Part shown: positions 1 through 12,197 of the stretch, in pieces | How the letters are laid out: every line of letters starts with the position of its first letter | Position numbering within the stretch: the first letter of the stretch is position 1 | From: a virus | Taxonomy: Duplodnaviria > Caudoviricetes | DNA: 25,718 nucleotides | Strand: one strand, 5' to 3' | IMG/VR virus record: IMGVR_UViG_3300035524_000106 | Location: 1 to 25,718 of that record | Translations under genes and position numbers: made by a program | Notes under the pieces: generated by a model | Database searches by the model: none | The model's input: the letters and a program-made list of their open reading frames with translations, nothing else | Told to the model about the DNA's origin: nothing

Positions 1-1
1 T

Positions 2-52
2 GATGATAATAATTTTGAAAATTATTATTTAATGTCAAAAATTGATTTATAA
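2..52 (+). CDS. 3' end of an upstream gene (partial), unknown product
   Basis: Frame DDNNFENYYLMSKIDL ends in TAA at 50-52, just before the SD and start of the next gene. Confidence 0.45.
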   Translation, partial: DDNNFENYYLMSKIDL

Positions 53-64
53 TGAGGGATAAGA

Positions 65-343
65 ATGAAAATTATTAAAATTGAATATAGATTAAAAGAA
101 AATGATTGAAAATGTTATATTTTTGCAAAAGATATGGATGATGCAACAAATTATATTAATAATACAATTAAAGCACCAATTTTTATTACTTCAGTTGAAG
201 AAATGTTTGATGTGCATGGAGTAACTGAAAAAACTGGATATATTAAAAAAGATTTATCTTTTCCATGTCCTTATTGTGAAAATACATATAAAACTCAAAA
301 AGCATTAAATATCCATATTGGAAGACAACATAAAAATAAATAA
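65..343 (+). CDS. C2H2 zinc-finger protein, 92 aa in code 4
   Basis: ATG at 65 follows SD-like GAGGGA (54-59) and is in frame with ORF 134..343 across one TGA (ENDWKC). The C-terminus has CPYC-x12-HIGRQH. Confidence 0.75.
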
Positions 344-346
344 TTT

Positions 347-383
347 AAAAATGGAAAGAAATTTTGATTTTCTTTCCATTTTT
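347..383. terminator. Bidirectional rho-independent terminator between convergent transcription units
   Basis: Inverted repeat AAAAATGGAAAGAAA ... TTTCTTTCCATTTTT with A/T tails, directly after the + gene stop and at the end of the - strand operon. Confidence 0.8.
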
Positions 384-445
384 ATTTTAAGCTAATTCTA
401 AATTATTTTGTTTTGCAAAAGATTCAATTTTATTCATTAAATCAA

Positions 446-568
446 TTAAAGAATCTCTATTTTTTGTGATTTCTTTTTATTATTAGAAAAAGTCATTTCA
501 GTATTACTATAAGATTCATTAGCATTCTTATGAGTAATTTGCTTAGTACGTACTTTTGAATATGACAT
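446..568 (-). CDS. Small hypothetical protein (40 aa), possibly frameshifted (-1 frame continues to TAA at 387)
   Basis: SD AGGAG (580-584) upstream of ATG 568. Reads MSYSKVRTKQITHK... Confidence 0.4.
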   Translation of the reverse strand: MSYSKVRTKQITHKNANESYSNTEMTFSNNKKKSQKIEIL

Positions 569-601
569 ATATTTTATGACTCCTTTAAAATTATAGAAGA
601 T

Positions 602-890
602 TTATGTGAGAATTGATAAGGATTTAATTGAAAAGAATTTATGGTAAATTTTAAAGTTATGTATATCAATAACATTATGCAAGGAGTATTCTTCTGCTCC
701 TGCATAATTGATAGAATATTGCGAATAATGTTTTTCTACAACTTCATCATCTTTTTTGTATATCACCATCTCTGGTGAGTGTTAAGTTTAAGTTAAAATC
801 ATAAGAAGTCTTTATTTGATTGTAAAGCAGTTCTACATGTGATGAGTTGAATAAATCTCCGGATTTTAAAATGCATATTATTGAAGTCAT
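602..890 (-). pseudogene. Possible degraded glycosyltransferase-like gene remnant
   Basis: Frame from ATG 890 reads MTSIICILKSGDLFNSSHVELLYNQIK...WWS (stop at 675), resembling the CVLKSGGxY..HVxxL / GWWSK start of small phage glycosyltransferases. A second overlapping frame runs 769..602. Confidence 0.35.
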
Positions 891-953
891 GTTATTCTTA
901 TTTTCTAATACGTATTAAAGTATAAGACTAATTTTTGTTAACTTAATTTTAGT

Positions 954-3014
954 TTACGGTAATGACGGTCCTGGATTTCATTCAGACTCTCCTCGAATTC
1001 ACCCTATTGGATCTCCTGATTCAGCATTAATTTTTCTTGCGAAAGTTCCTATTTTATCACGAGATAAAGCAGTGGGTTTTTGTAAAGTCGCTGGTTCATC
1101 GTTGATATTCATATAAAATAATGAAACATCTCCTAATTTTTCATATAAAGATTTATCAGTCCTGATTATAATTTTTGACGACTCAGGTAAAAAATAGTCT
1201 ACACTATGGAAATTTCCTTCTTCACTCCCATTAGTTATACCTATAAAAGCATAAGCAACATTATCTGTAAAAGAAACTAATGAATAGTCACTGCCATCTT
1301 GTAAGTCGGAAGTATCTATATAATATCCGTCATAATAATAAAGACCATATATTACGCCGTTTGTTGTTATTTTATTATAATTACTATCAAATAATACAGC
1401 GCCAAGGCGCCCACCATTTGATCTAACACTAGTTTTAATTCTCATTATTCTCTGCTCAGCTTTTTCAACTTTTGTTAAATCAAATAGACAACCTAATATT
1501 TTTCGGCCATAAATATCAAGAGTTTCAGATAAACTACTAATATTTGCTACACAGAATTCAAATTTATTATTTCCGGGGTTATATCATTGACAATATTTTG
1601 GAGACGATACATAAGTGTATGAATCAAAATAACTACATATATTATCTGCGTTGAAAGATAATACATTGTAAAATTCAATATTATTATATCTATTATTATT
1701 ATCTATTAAATTATTAATAAGCCTTATATCATTATCTATATCAACTGCAGATTTAGAGCGATACTCATTGTAACCAAATTGAAAGCTATTTGTATAAACG
1801 CCTATACCTCCTACTGCATAATCTGTTTTTTCAGATCTTCCACCAAACATCCTATTATACACAGCTATAGATGTTTTATCAGTGTTTGATCGGCCAAAAA
1901 AACAATAAGTTGTTCCTGATCCCTCATTATAAAGTTCGAAATTAGGATTATAAAAAACATTTCCATTTATAACATGGTCACTATCTGTAGTAAAAATTAC
2001 TCCTTTGAGGTTAAAAGAGTAATTACTCGTATTTCCAAATCTACCTGCAAAAAATGTATTTTGATTAACTCACCCACTTAATGGACCTGCATGTAATTCT
2101 AATCCCTCTACTGCGTTGTACACCATATTTAAATAGATTTGATTGTAAGCTACACCCTTACCATTATTAGAATATAACTTAATTCCTCTATAAAAATTAA
2201 ATGAACTTAAAAATAGTTTAGAAGAATATATATTTATTAATTTAATTCCAGTGTGTTGATCAGACGAGTTCTCTGTTGCTCTACGAACACTAAGATGAAA
2301 TTCAGCTGAAAAATCAAGACGAGTATTTTCATTTTCATTACCAATAACGACAGCATCTTCGTTAGAGCCCGTGAAAAATAATACTCCTGGACCATAACAT
2401 GGAACAATAGAATTAAATTGGATTTGAGAATCAAACATATAGTCTCTTGAAAGTCAAACAGGGGATCCAATACTGAAAGTTTTTTGCAATGCTAGTTGAT
2501 TATTTGAACCGACTTGACCGTCTCAGTCTCCTATAGCTCCATTCCATTCAGGATAAAAATAGTCTAGTTTGGGACTTCCATCAACACTTAAATCATCCTC
2601 AAAAATTTGCCACAACCCAGCAACAATACTACCATTCAGTGTAAGTATTTCATCTCCTGTTACAGCACTAAAAGCAACCACACCACTTCTATCACCTTTA
2701 CATTCAATATTCCCATTAATAGTACAATCTTCATCTATTAATACTTGTCCACCATCTTCAATACAAAAACTCTGTTCATAAGTTCCAGTAGCACTAATAG
2801 TTACAACAACTCCTTTCTGAATTCAAATAGTTGTATTAGCATTTCCAGTATTAGTTAATGTTCCACTTTCACTTACTAATAATGTTTTATTTTCACTTCC
2901 AATATCAGTAATAGCTTCATTTATTGAACTATATGCTCTACTATCTACTCATGGCCCATCAGCACTTTTAGTAAGTACTAAATTCCCTATCATTTCTCTT
3001 CCATAGTCACGCAA
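954..3014 (-). CDS. Tailspike / receptor-binding protein with beta-helix (pectate-lyase-like) depolymerase domain, ~686 aa
   Basis: SD AAGGAGG (3023-3029) lies 8 nt before TTG 3014. ORFs 2070..2438, 1584..1862 and 999..1445 are one frame joined over TGA. Motifs YPEWNGAIGD, GWVNQNTFFAGRF and C-terminal GDPIGWIR. TAA at 954. Confidence 0.75.
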
Positions 3015-3189
3015 ATTAGTATCCTCCTTGATTTATTAAATTAAAATGTTCATTTAATAAATCAATTTTTTGTTTTGTTGTTAAATCATCTTCTCATGTT
3101 TTTAAATTTTTAGTTTTATAATCAGAAACATTACTAATCTTTAAACCTGTTTTTGTATTTTCTATTCCTCTTCTTGTAACTTTATGTTC

Positions 3190-3204
3190 ATTATTATTTA
3201 TATT
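3190..3204 (-). promoter_or_regulatory. T4-type late promoter (AATATAAATAATAAT) upstream of the tailspike
   Basis: TATAAATA core at 3202-3195. The identical 15-mer occurs at three other intergenic sites. Confidence 0.65.
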
Positions 3205-3210
3205 TAAAAA

Positions 3211-3498
3211 TTATTTTATTTCTTTAAAATTATGAAATACTACATATATATAAAAACAATTAATTAATCCTAAAACAATACTCATATATAAAATAGGAAG
3301 AAATAATAAAAACATAACACTACATAAAACAATTAAAACTTTTGGAATATATCAAAAAGACTTAAATTTATTCATAAAAAATTTCATTATTTTATTTAAT
3401 TCTCTTCCACCTTGACTTAAAATTTTATTTGTAGTATAAACATCTAATACTTGTAATACAATTAAAATTAAAAACAATATAATATTTAATATAATCAT
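3211..3498 (-). CDS. Small membrane protein, 95 aa (DUF5658-like)
   Basis: SD AAGGAG before ATG 3498. About three hydrophobic segments and the motif LDVYTTNKILSQGGRELN. One internal TGA. Absent from the ORF track. Confidence 0.7.
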
Positions 3499-3509
3499 TT
3501 TATTCTCCT

Positions 3510-4271
3510 TTACAATCCTAATCTCATTGCATTTAATGAATTTGTAATATTTGTAGTTTTACTAATATAATCATTATTTCCTACTGTTAATTCTTTTGCT
3601 TGTGTTAATACTTGAGAACTCCTTCCACCAATTGCTTTAGCATCATTAACAGCACTTAATGTATTATTTAATGCAGGTGATTTTACTCCCACTATATTAG
3701 ATACTTTATTTAATCCAGTTAATAATTCTTCTCCACATGATAAAAAATGTCCTACTGCTGATAATGCACTTACAATTTCACTATTCAAAGAACTATATTC
3801 TCCTAATTTATCTGAAAATTCTTCAAATGTATCATATTTTCCTGACACCATATCTGCAACATCTTGTAATAAATCTAAATATTCACTATAATCACTACTT
3901 CCAGTAATTTCTGGTGTTGTCATTCCATCAAAAATAGAAAAATCAAAATCAATCGAATCTGTTAATGAACCAATAGAATCCATTATATTTCCCTCACCAA
4001 CTGCACCAATACAATTATAAAATTCATCTGTATTTAAATCTACTAATTGATTTGCTCCACACATTTGTCCAAAAGACATGATTGTTTTAGTATCAGAAAT
4101 AACATTATCTAATATATTATCAGACATTGATTTAATATTGCCTATATTATTTTTAATTCTATTTAATGCAGATAAAATATCAGGTAATGAAGTTAAATCA
4201 ATATCTCCATTATTAATAATATTATCTATTGAAGAATCTATTGCATCAAATTTTAATTCATAATTTAACAT
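3510..4271 (-). CDS. Hypothetical protein, 253 aa, likely helical and virion-associated
   Basis: Complete ORF ending in TAA, SD AAAGGA, embedded in the structural operon. Confidence 0.75.
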   Translation of the reverse strand: MLNYELKFDAIDSSIDNIINNGDIDLTSLPDILSALNRIKNNIGNIKSMSDNILDNVISDTKTIMSFGQMCGANQLVDLNTDEFYNCIGAVGEGNIMDSIGSLTDSIDFDFSIFDGMTTPEITGSSDYSEYLDLLQDVADMVSGKYDTFEEFSDKLGEYSSLNSEIVSALSAVGHFLSCGEELLTGLNKVSNIVGVKSPALNNTLSAVNDAKAIGGRSSQVLTQAKELTVGNNDYISKTTNITNSLNAMRLGL

Positions 4272-4282
4272 AATTTAATCCT

Positions 4283-5116
4283 TTAATATTTAATACAGTA
4301 CATTAAAGCAATATTTGTTGGTCTTGTTTCATCTCCACCAGTAGTTCGAGCTCCTTCAAAATGTGAAGGAGAATCAAAAGGGGTTGCACCATAACTTGAT
4401 CCTGTTGGACATCTATATGAATCATGATCATCATTTGATGCTTGTGTTTGAACAGGATGTGTATGTGCTTTAAAACTTTCTGCTTGAGAAGAACCAAATG
4501 TTCTTGGTGAAGTTGGATCTAATCCTCTTCCATTATCCCATCCTCTAATAAACTGTCCTCTTAAATCAGGTAAATTAAAAGTTCCAGAACCGCTTCCAAA
4601 CGTAGTGCCAATAATGTTATATAAATTACTATATGTTGTTGTTGAAAGTGTTGATCCATCACATTCTAAATAACCTTCTGGAACAGTATCAGTAGCAAAA
4701 GCAAATATTGCACCTGTTGGAACATGAATTGTTTGATCACCTGCATGATCATTTAAATCTGTTTCACTAGCAGCACTAATTTGAGCAGTTGTTACTTCAT
4801 GAGGATTATCTGTATCTGTTCTATGATCTTCTAAAATTTTCAAATCATTATTAGCAATAACTTTATTTGATGTAGTATCAGAACTTGTTTTATCAATTAC
4901 ATCTAATCCATGAACATTATCTTCATAAGTGTCTTCAATATGTAATTCAAGATTATTAGTAGGAGAAGCAATTTGAATTCAATCTGTTTCCCCTCCATAA
5001 TATAAAGTTCCATTTACATAAATTAATCTTTTTTTATCATTTATTGTTCATGTTGGTAAACTTGTTAATTCTTCAGCAAAATAACTACCAACCATTGAAA
5101 TTTCATGAAATTTCAT
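4283..5116 (-). CDS. Tail fibre protein with phage tail collar domain, 277 aa
   Basis: ATG 5116 with SD AGGAG. Two TGA in the N-terminus, in frame with ORF 4283..4843. Collar motif VPTGAIFAFA...GYLECDG...FNLPDLRGQFIRGWD and C-terminal ETRPTNIALMYCIKY. Confidence 0.88.
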
Positions 5117-5129
5117 TTAATTTATCTCC

Positions 5130-6530
5130 TTATGAAATTAAACCATAATTACTTAAAACTGTTAAAATTTCATTTACTTTAGATTCTATATTTGATAATT
5201 GTGTATTTAATCCAGCTAAATTAATAGTATCATCTGATCCAGTAGTAGCATCTGATAAAGTTAATGTAGAAATAACTTCTTGTGCAGAAGGAGCAGGAGT
5301 TCCATATAATCCAAGCCCACCAGATAATTCTAAGGTTCCAGTAGTACTATTTAAAAACACAGCATCACTATTTAATAGAAAATCTGTTGTATCTTGAGAT
5401 GCAGCAGTTCCTAATGATAATAATGTTTTTAATTCAATTAATGATTTTGAAATATAATTTGATCCATCACCAACAATAAAAGAATTCAAAGAAGGTGATA
5501 ATGATCCAATATCAGATAAATTAATACTTGCTTCTTGTGCTCCAATATTAACTCTTGCTGTATTTGCATCAGAAGCCCCAGTTCCTCCATTAGCAATACT
5601 TAATGATGTTGTTAATGTATTAATCTCACCACTAAAATCACCTTCAAATTCGCTATCAGTAATGGTTTTATTAGTTATTACTTGAAAATCACTTGTTCCT
5701 ACTACATCTCCTGTAACTCCATGAATACCACTAGAAACATCGTGATTATCTATTTCATCATCAGTATAATTTGTATAATATGACCCTTCTTCACCATCTA
5801 ATAAATCTGCATTTAAATTATTAATTAAAGAATCAGAAGTCATACTTACAGTAGCATCTCTTCTTAAATATTGTGAATGGGCGTTTCCCATATAATCATT
5901 TCTATGATCTTCTAATAATTTAATATCATAATTTGATACTAATTTATTTTTTAATGTATTTGTACTTATTTTATTAACAGGTTCAAGACCATGAACTTCA
6001 ACTGTATCAAGAATATGTTGATTTCAATTATATGCTTGTTTATTTGATATTAATTTATTTTTCCTTTCTGAATGAATACTTGTTGAATCTGTTTCATCTA
6101 CTTCTGTTTTTATACTAAAAATTTGAACATTTTCTACATAACCAATATCCAAACCATTTCTTACTCATACAAGAGTGAAATATGTATTATAATCATAAGC
6201 CTTATCACCATTATAACCAGGACTCCCACTTGTATTATTAGTAACTTCTTCTTTATCAGCAATATAAAATTCAAAAAATCCATTACTTGATGTTCTAATT
6301 TCTCCAACAACAGTATTTGTTTTATCAAAATTATTAATTGGTGCATTTTTTGTTGTTGTTAAATTTACATAAGCATTACTACTAATATCAGTAAAAACAT
6401 CATTATTAATATTAGATGAAGTTGTAAAATCAGTAGATGTCACTGAATCAGTAAGAAAAACATGAATTCTAGCACCCGCGACAGGTTCACCACTAGAATT
6501 TATTAAATATTTTCAAAAATGTTTTCTCAT
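5130..6530 (-). CDS. Tail fibre protein, 466 aa
   Basis: ATG 6530 abuts the upstream TAA. ORFs 6165..6443 and 5130..5891 join via TGA. Fibre motifs NLNADLLDG and SIANGGTGASDANTARVNIG. Confidence 0.8.
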
Positions 6531-9500
6531 TTATATACTCCTAAATGTTGCTTTAATTTTCATATTTACTTTATTATATTTATATATTTTATCAAAAAAA
6601 CTATAACATAAAATCTCTTCACTAAAACTATCAATAATTCCAAATTCTGTTATATTATATTCTATATCTGATTCAAAATATCCAGTAGCAATTAAATCAT
6701 CATTTTCTATTACTTCTAAATTATCAGTAATTAAAACAGGTGCTTCTAAATCATTTGATGTTAAAGGATTAAAACTTGTTTTTGACGTTCCTATTCCTAA
6801 TTTATAAATACCATTTTCCAATCTATATTTTAATGTTTCTTCTGTTTCAATGTTACCAAAGGATTTAATTAATATTTTGCCAGTCATTAAAGTATTAAAA
6901 GATATAGTTAATATATTTTCATTATTTAACTTAATTTTTTCTGGTCTAATGATTTCATTATCATTATTTAATACAGTAACAAAAACACCTTTAACACCCA
7001 TATTATGAACAACATTTCATGTTTTAGCTGGATTAGTTTGTTCAAATAAAATAGAACCATAATCAATTAAATATTTCCCCTTTAATTCTGTTCCAAAAGT
7101 TAATGTTACTTCAGATAAATCATTATTATATTCAACTGATGGAAATTGCATTTTATTATTAATTTGATAATAATCTATTATAGCATTTGTTGCACTTGGT
7201 GTTATTGTTGTTGTAGTTTCATCAAATACAAAATTTCCATCACTATAATCATATATATTATCATTATATAATACATCTTCGCTAGATATACTTTGTGAAT
7301 CTGTAGAATTTAATGATAATAATGTTCTTTCATATTTATCATCTGCTTTAGAACATATTACATAACCACTTATATTAATTGGAAATTTAATTTCAATAAA
7401 ATTATCTTTTTGATAAATGTATTGAGGATAAATTTTTTCATTATTAAAATTATATACAGAAATAATAACATCATTTAAAAGATCATGTGAAAATGATCAA
7501 ATGTTTGAAGATTCTATTTGAGTATGTAAATATGTATCATTTGTTTTTAAATATAGTGGTGAAAATAAAGCACTTCAACAACTTGCTTTATATAAATCAG
7601 AATTATATAAATTAGTAGCAATTGATTCATTTAAATTAAATAAAGGTGATAGTAAAATATCATAATGATAATATCTACTAACAGGTTTATCTTCTTCTAA
7701 TCTATTAAATAAATAAGTAGATTCTGTTTGTGGTAAAATTGCATTATCTGCTTCAGGTTGATTAGACACATCAAGTTCTAATTTAAGATGAGGAGACAAA
7801 ATTTTACCTGTAGAAATATTTCCAATTTCTTTATATGTTACTACACCAGAAGTTTCTTCGTTAAAATGAATTTTTAATTTATTATCTGTTAATTGTATAT
7901 TTTCTGGTGAAACTAGTTCTAAATTCATACCAAATAAATCTGGTTTTTTAATTACACATAATCCTCTTTTATTTTCAGCAAATTCAATAGAACAATTATT
8001 ATTATCAATATTTGTAATAATCTTTTCTACTTCATTTTTAACATAATAATTTTCATATTTGTCTGCTAATTTAATAGAAACAAACCCTGATAATTCTTCA
8101 CCAAATTCAGCAATAACTGTTCCTAATGAATTGGTAACTGTTTCTGGTATAACTTTACGAATAGGACTTTCACCTTTACTAATTAAAACCTTTCCAACAA
8201 AATAACTATCAAACTCAACATAAACAGTGTTTTCATCAATAATTCTAACCATATCTATTAACGCTTTTTCATTTCAATTATCTGTAGCTTGAACAATTAT
8301 ATTTTCAGATTCTAAATTATGTGTAAGAGTTATAGAATAATATCCAACTAATGACATAACATAATCTGCTTCTTGTGCTACACAATATCCATATTTTCTT
8401 GAAGGAAATGATGCTTCAATATTTGATCCTGTTACTTTAACATAAGAAGGTAAAATTTTATTTCCAAAAGGATCAAAAAATTCTGTTATTAATTCTTCTG
8501 ATGAAAAAGGATGTGAAATTTCTCAATCATAATCAGTAAGATTTTGATATAATTTTTCACCTTTTAAAAATGTTACTCATCCAGATTCAATACTTGTATT
8601 AAAATCTATAATACTTGTACTAATACCAGAAGAAAATCAATATATATTCATTTCATCTGGATATATAACAGAATATTTATTTTCTAATATAATTTCTACT
8701 TCTTCTGCTGAAATTAATTCATTAGAATCTCATGTTTGAACAATTGGATTAATATATTCATAAGAATATAAATCGTAAGTATTTCCTGTAAATTCATAAC
8801 TTTCAGAACATTCCTTAATAATTGCATATCCAGTTATTGGTTCAGAAAACGTATATCTTACTGTATTTTCAGTTAATATTTCAGTATTTAATGGATCTAC
8901 TTTTAATCCTGTATTATCATAAACGGCAGATAAAATATCAGTAGAATTTCTTCCATGATTTATTGTTTCTATACCACTTGTAGTAAATGATCTTTTATAT
9001 CCTTCTTCTATTAATACATAACCAGAAGTATTTTCACTAAACACAATATCTACATCATAAGTTATTGGATCAACTGTAATAGAATCAGCAGTTATTTCTT
9101 TATTGTCTTCATCATATATATGAATTATTATTTTTTCATGTGTAAAATTACTTCCAGATATATTAAAAGAAGTTGTATCACTAAAATCAAATTTATAATC
9201 TGCATCTAATATAGAAATTTTACCTGCTGAAATTTCAGAAGAAAATGTTAATGTACTTGCTATATTAAATCTATATGGTTGAAATAATAAATTTCCTTCT
9301 TCATTATTTAAAAATATTTCTCATGTATTATCATCAAAATCAAATAAATATTCTGTTCCACTACAAACCAAAACAGTTCCAGTAAAAGCAACATCAAAAT
9401 ATAATTTAATAGTGTTATCATCATAATGTTTAATTAAGGATGGAACAGATAAAACATTACTTGAAGAAATACAATTTACTAATACTTTACTATTTAAATT

Positions 9501-12185
9501 ATGTGAGATTAAAACTTCTGTTTGTGAAGTAATAGTTTCTTTATAATCATAATCTTTAGATACATAATATCCACTTGTAGATTCAGTAAAAGAAGCATTT
9601 AATGATAAGGAAGATATTGTAACATTACTTGGAACAATATATTCATTATTAGAATTATAAAATGAATAAATTTTATCATTTAAATTAGTGCCAGATTCAC
9701 TTCATGTAATACCAATTTTATCTTCTGATTTATCTCCTGTTGTAACAACAATATTTCCTCTAATATTATCAACATTTTCAGAATAAATTATTTTACTATC
9801 TTCATTATTGTTAATTAAATCAACTTCCCGAGGTAATAATTGTTCTTTAGTAGATTTATCATATACAGAAGCAATAACATCACCTAATCCATGTTCAAAT
9901 ACTCATTCACTTCCTATATATCTAAAAAAACTACTATAAAATTCAGATAATACATATTTAGTATCAAATGGATGAGAAATTCCTCATATAGTAGAAGGAT
10001 TTACTTGTTTATGAATATAATCGGGGTCAGAAATTATTGCTGTACCAGAAGTAGATACATCATTAACAATTTCTAATTTATTAAAAGAAGAATTTAATAC
10101 ATTAGGAATCCATTCTTCATCATTAATAAATAATTTGTTGTATGAAAGATAATGTGGAATATTAGTAGTAATTTCATGTTCTGCACTAATTGGCAATGTT
10201 TCAGTAAAAGTATTTCTATTATCAGAAGAAATACAAACATATCCAGTAGCAGAAGTATCAAAAGTTAAAGTTAATGTGTTATTTTGAATGTCTGATGTTG
10301 CAAATCCCATTTTTTGGTCATTATCATCAAATACTTCAAATAAATAATTTGTATCACCAATATTATGTTCTATTAATCATTCATCAGAAGCTTTATATAC
10401 ATAAGTTTCTACAATATTATATTTTGAATCTAAATTATGATTAATATTTCAAGTATTTATAGGAGAATTAATATATTCTATATAATCATAATCACAAGAA
10501 ATCATATTTCCTGAAGTTGCTTCAGAAAAAGTTACATTATTGTTAAATAGTTTTTTAGGAATGATTAATTCATTATTAGAGTAAATTTGTTCAATTTTTA
10601 TATTTTCATCAACAAAATTTCAAAGTAAAGATTCAGAATTAAATTCTTCTATTGATCCTTCTGCTAATAAAACATAACCTTCTTGTATATTAGCAAATTC
10701 ACATTCAATATAATTATCAAATAAAGTAATTGATTTGGGATAAATTTGTTGATGATTGAAATCATAACATTGAACAATCAAATTATTTGTTGAAAAATTA
10801 TGTGAAATATGTCATAATAAACTAGGAGTATTTAATCATACATTAGGAATAACAGCTGAATTTTCTAATTCAATTTCTCAATCTTCACTTAATTCTGTTT
10901 GGTAATAAATTTCATTTGCTGAAGTTGCAAAAGAAGTAACAGAAGATAAAGTTTCTCCTGTTAATTCCAAAGTATTTTCATCATAAGGAGAAACATTATC
11001 TAATAAAATTTTAAAATTGTTTTCAGAAAAACTAGATACAGGAATGAAAACATTTTCATAATCAAAATAAATAATTTCACTTGGAGAAAATGTTTCATAT
11101 ATATCTGCTTTAGTACAAAACAGAAATCCTTTAGTAATTTCAGTAAAAAATACTTTAATGAGATTATTATTTACTATTTGAATTTCTTCTGGTTCGATTA
11201 CATTACCATTAGTATCAAGACATAAAGGAATTAAATTAGAAGTATTTAATGAATGAAAAACATTTCAAACAATTCCTTTTTGTTTAGACATTATAACAGA
11301 AGATTCATCTAATATAGTAAAATTATCTCAATAATTTTTATATTTTTCATTTGTATAATATTCATTAATATTTACATCTTCAAAATAAGGTTCTGCATTT
11401 CCTGTAATTTCTCTTGAATGTCATCTATCATAAATATTAAGTTCGTTTGTTGAATTAAAGAAAATAATTTGTTTATTAATATTAATAGAAGTATATGTTC
11501 CTTTTAATTTAAGAAAAGAAACTATATGATCAAGGAATTGTCTTATTTTTTCAGAATGGAGTAATATAAATTCTTCTTCTATGTCTAATCCAAAATTGTA
11601 TGCATAATTATAAAGAAAAGATTTATCAATTTCTAATGGAGAAATTAATGAATTTATATTTTTTTGTTTGTTATATACTTGAGAGTAATTTTTATTAAAT
11701 ACTTCATATAAATATTCTTTTAATTTTGGATTAGTATTTGTAATATATTCAGGTAAAGCATCTTGAACATAATTATATAAATTAAAGAATTTAATAACAT
11801 AATTATCTACATTTTTGTATATTTTACCAATATAAAGAAGTTTTTTATTAAAATTTACATAATCTTGATAAGAACTATTTCTTTTAATATAATCATAAAA
11901 TGATCCATTTTTTTGAAAATAGATTTCATTACCATTAGAAATTTCAGAAGAGGAAGTAATATCATCAATTGTAAAAGATATTTCATTATCTGAAACAAAT
12001 GATACAGAGGTGAGTATTGCTTTTTTATATTGATTGTTTGTTTTTATAATTAAATCAATAGAAGAAATTCCAGTAGCAACAATAACATCATCTAAAATTG
12101 GTGTTAATGATCCTCCTGTAACATTTTCTAATATTGAAAAAAATTCTGTTAATATAAATTGTGGTACTTCAGAAAATTTAGTCAT
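6531..12185 (-). CDS. Giant baseplate wedge protein (gp7/P2 gpI-like N-terminal region, many W-x-I-x-H-N-L repeats, gp8/DUF3751-like C-terminus), ~1884 aa
   Basis: ORFs starting at 12185, 10310, 9044, 8252 and 7001 share one frame. The stretches read between them are interrupted only by TGA (not every codon was checked). gp7-like LPEYI...AYNFG...IRQFL..IVSFLKLKGT motif. Follows gp6. Confidence 0.75.
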
Positions 12186-12197
12186 TTTTTCTCCAAA

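Noticed and set aside
906-917. 12-bp palindrome TAATACGTATTA after the tailspike stop
   Set aside because: Short, AT-rich and single-copy, so plausible by chance.
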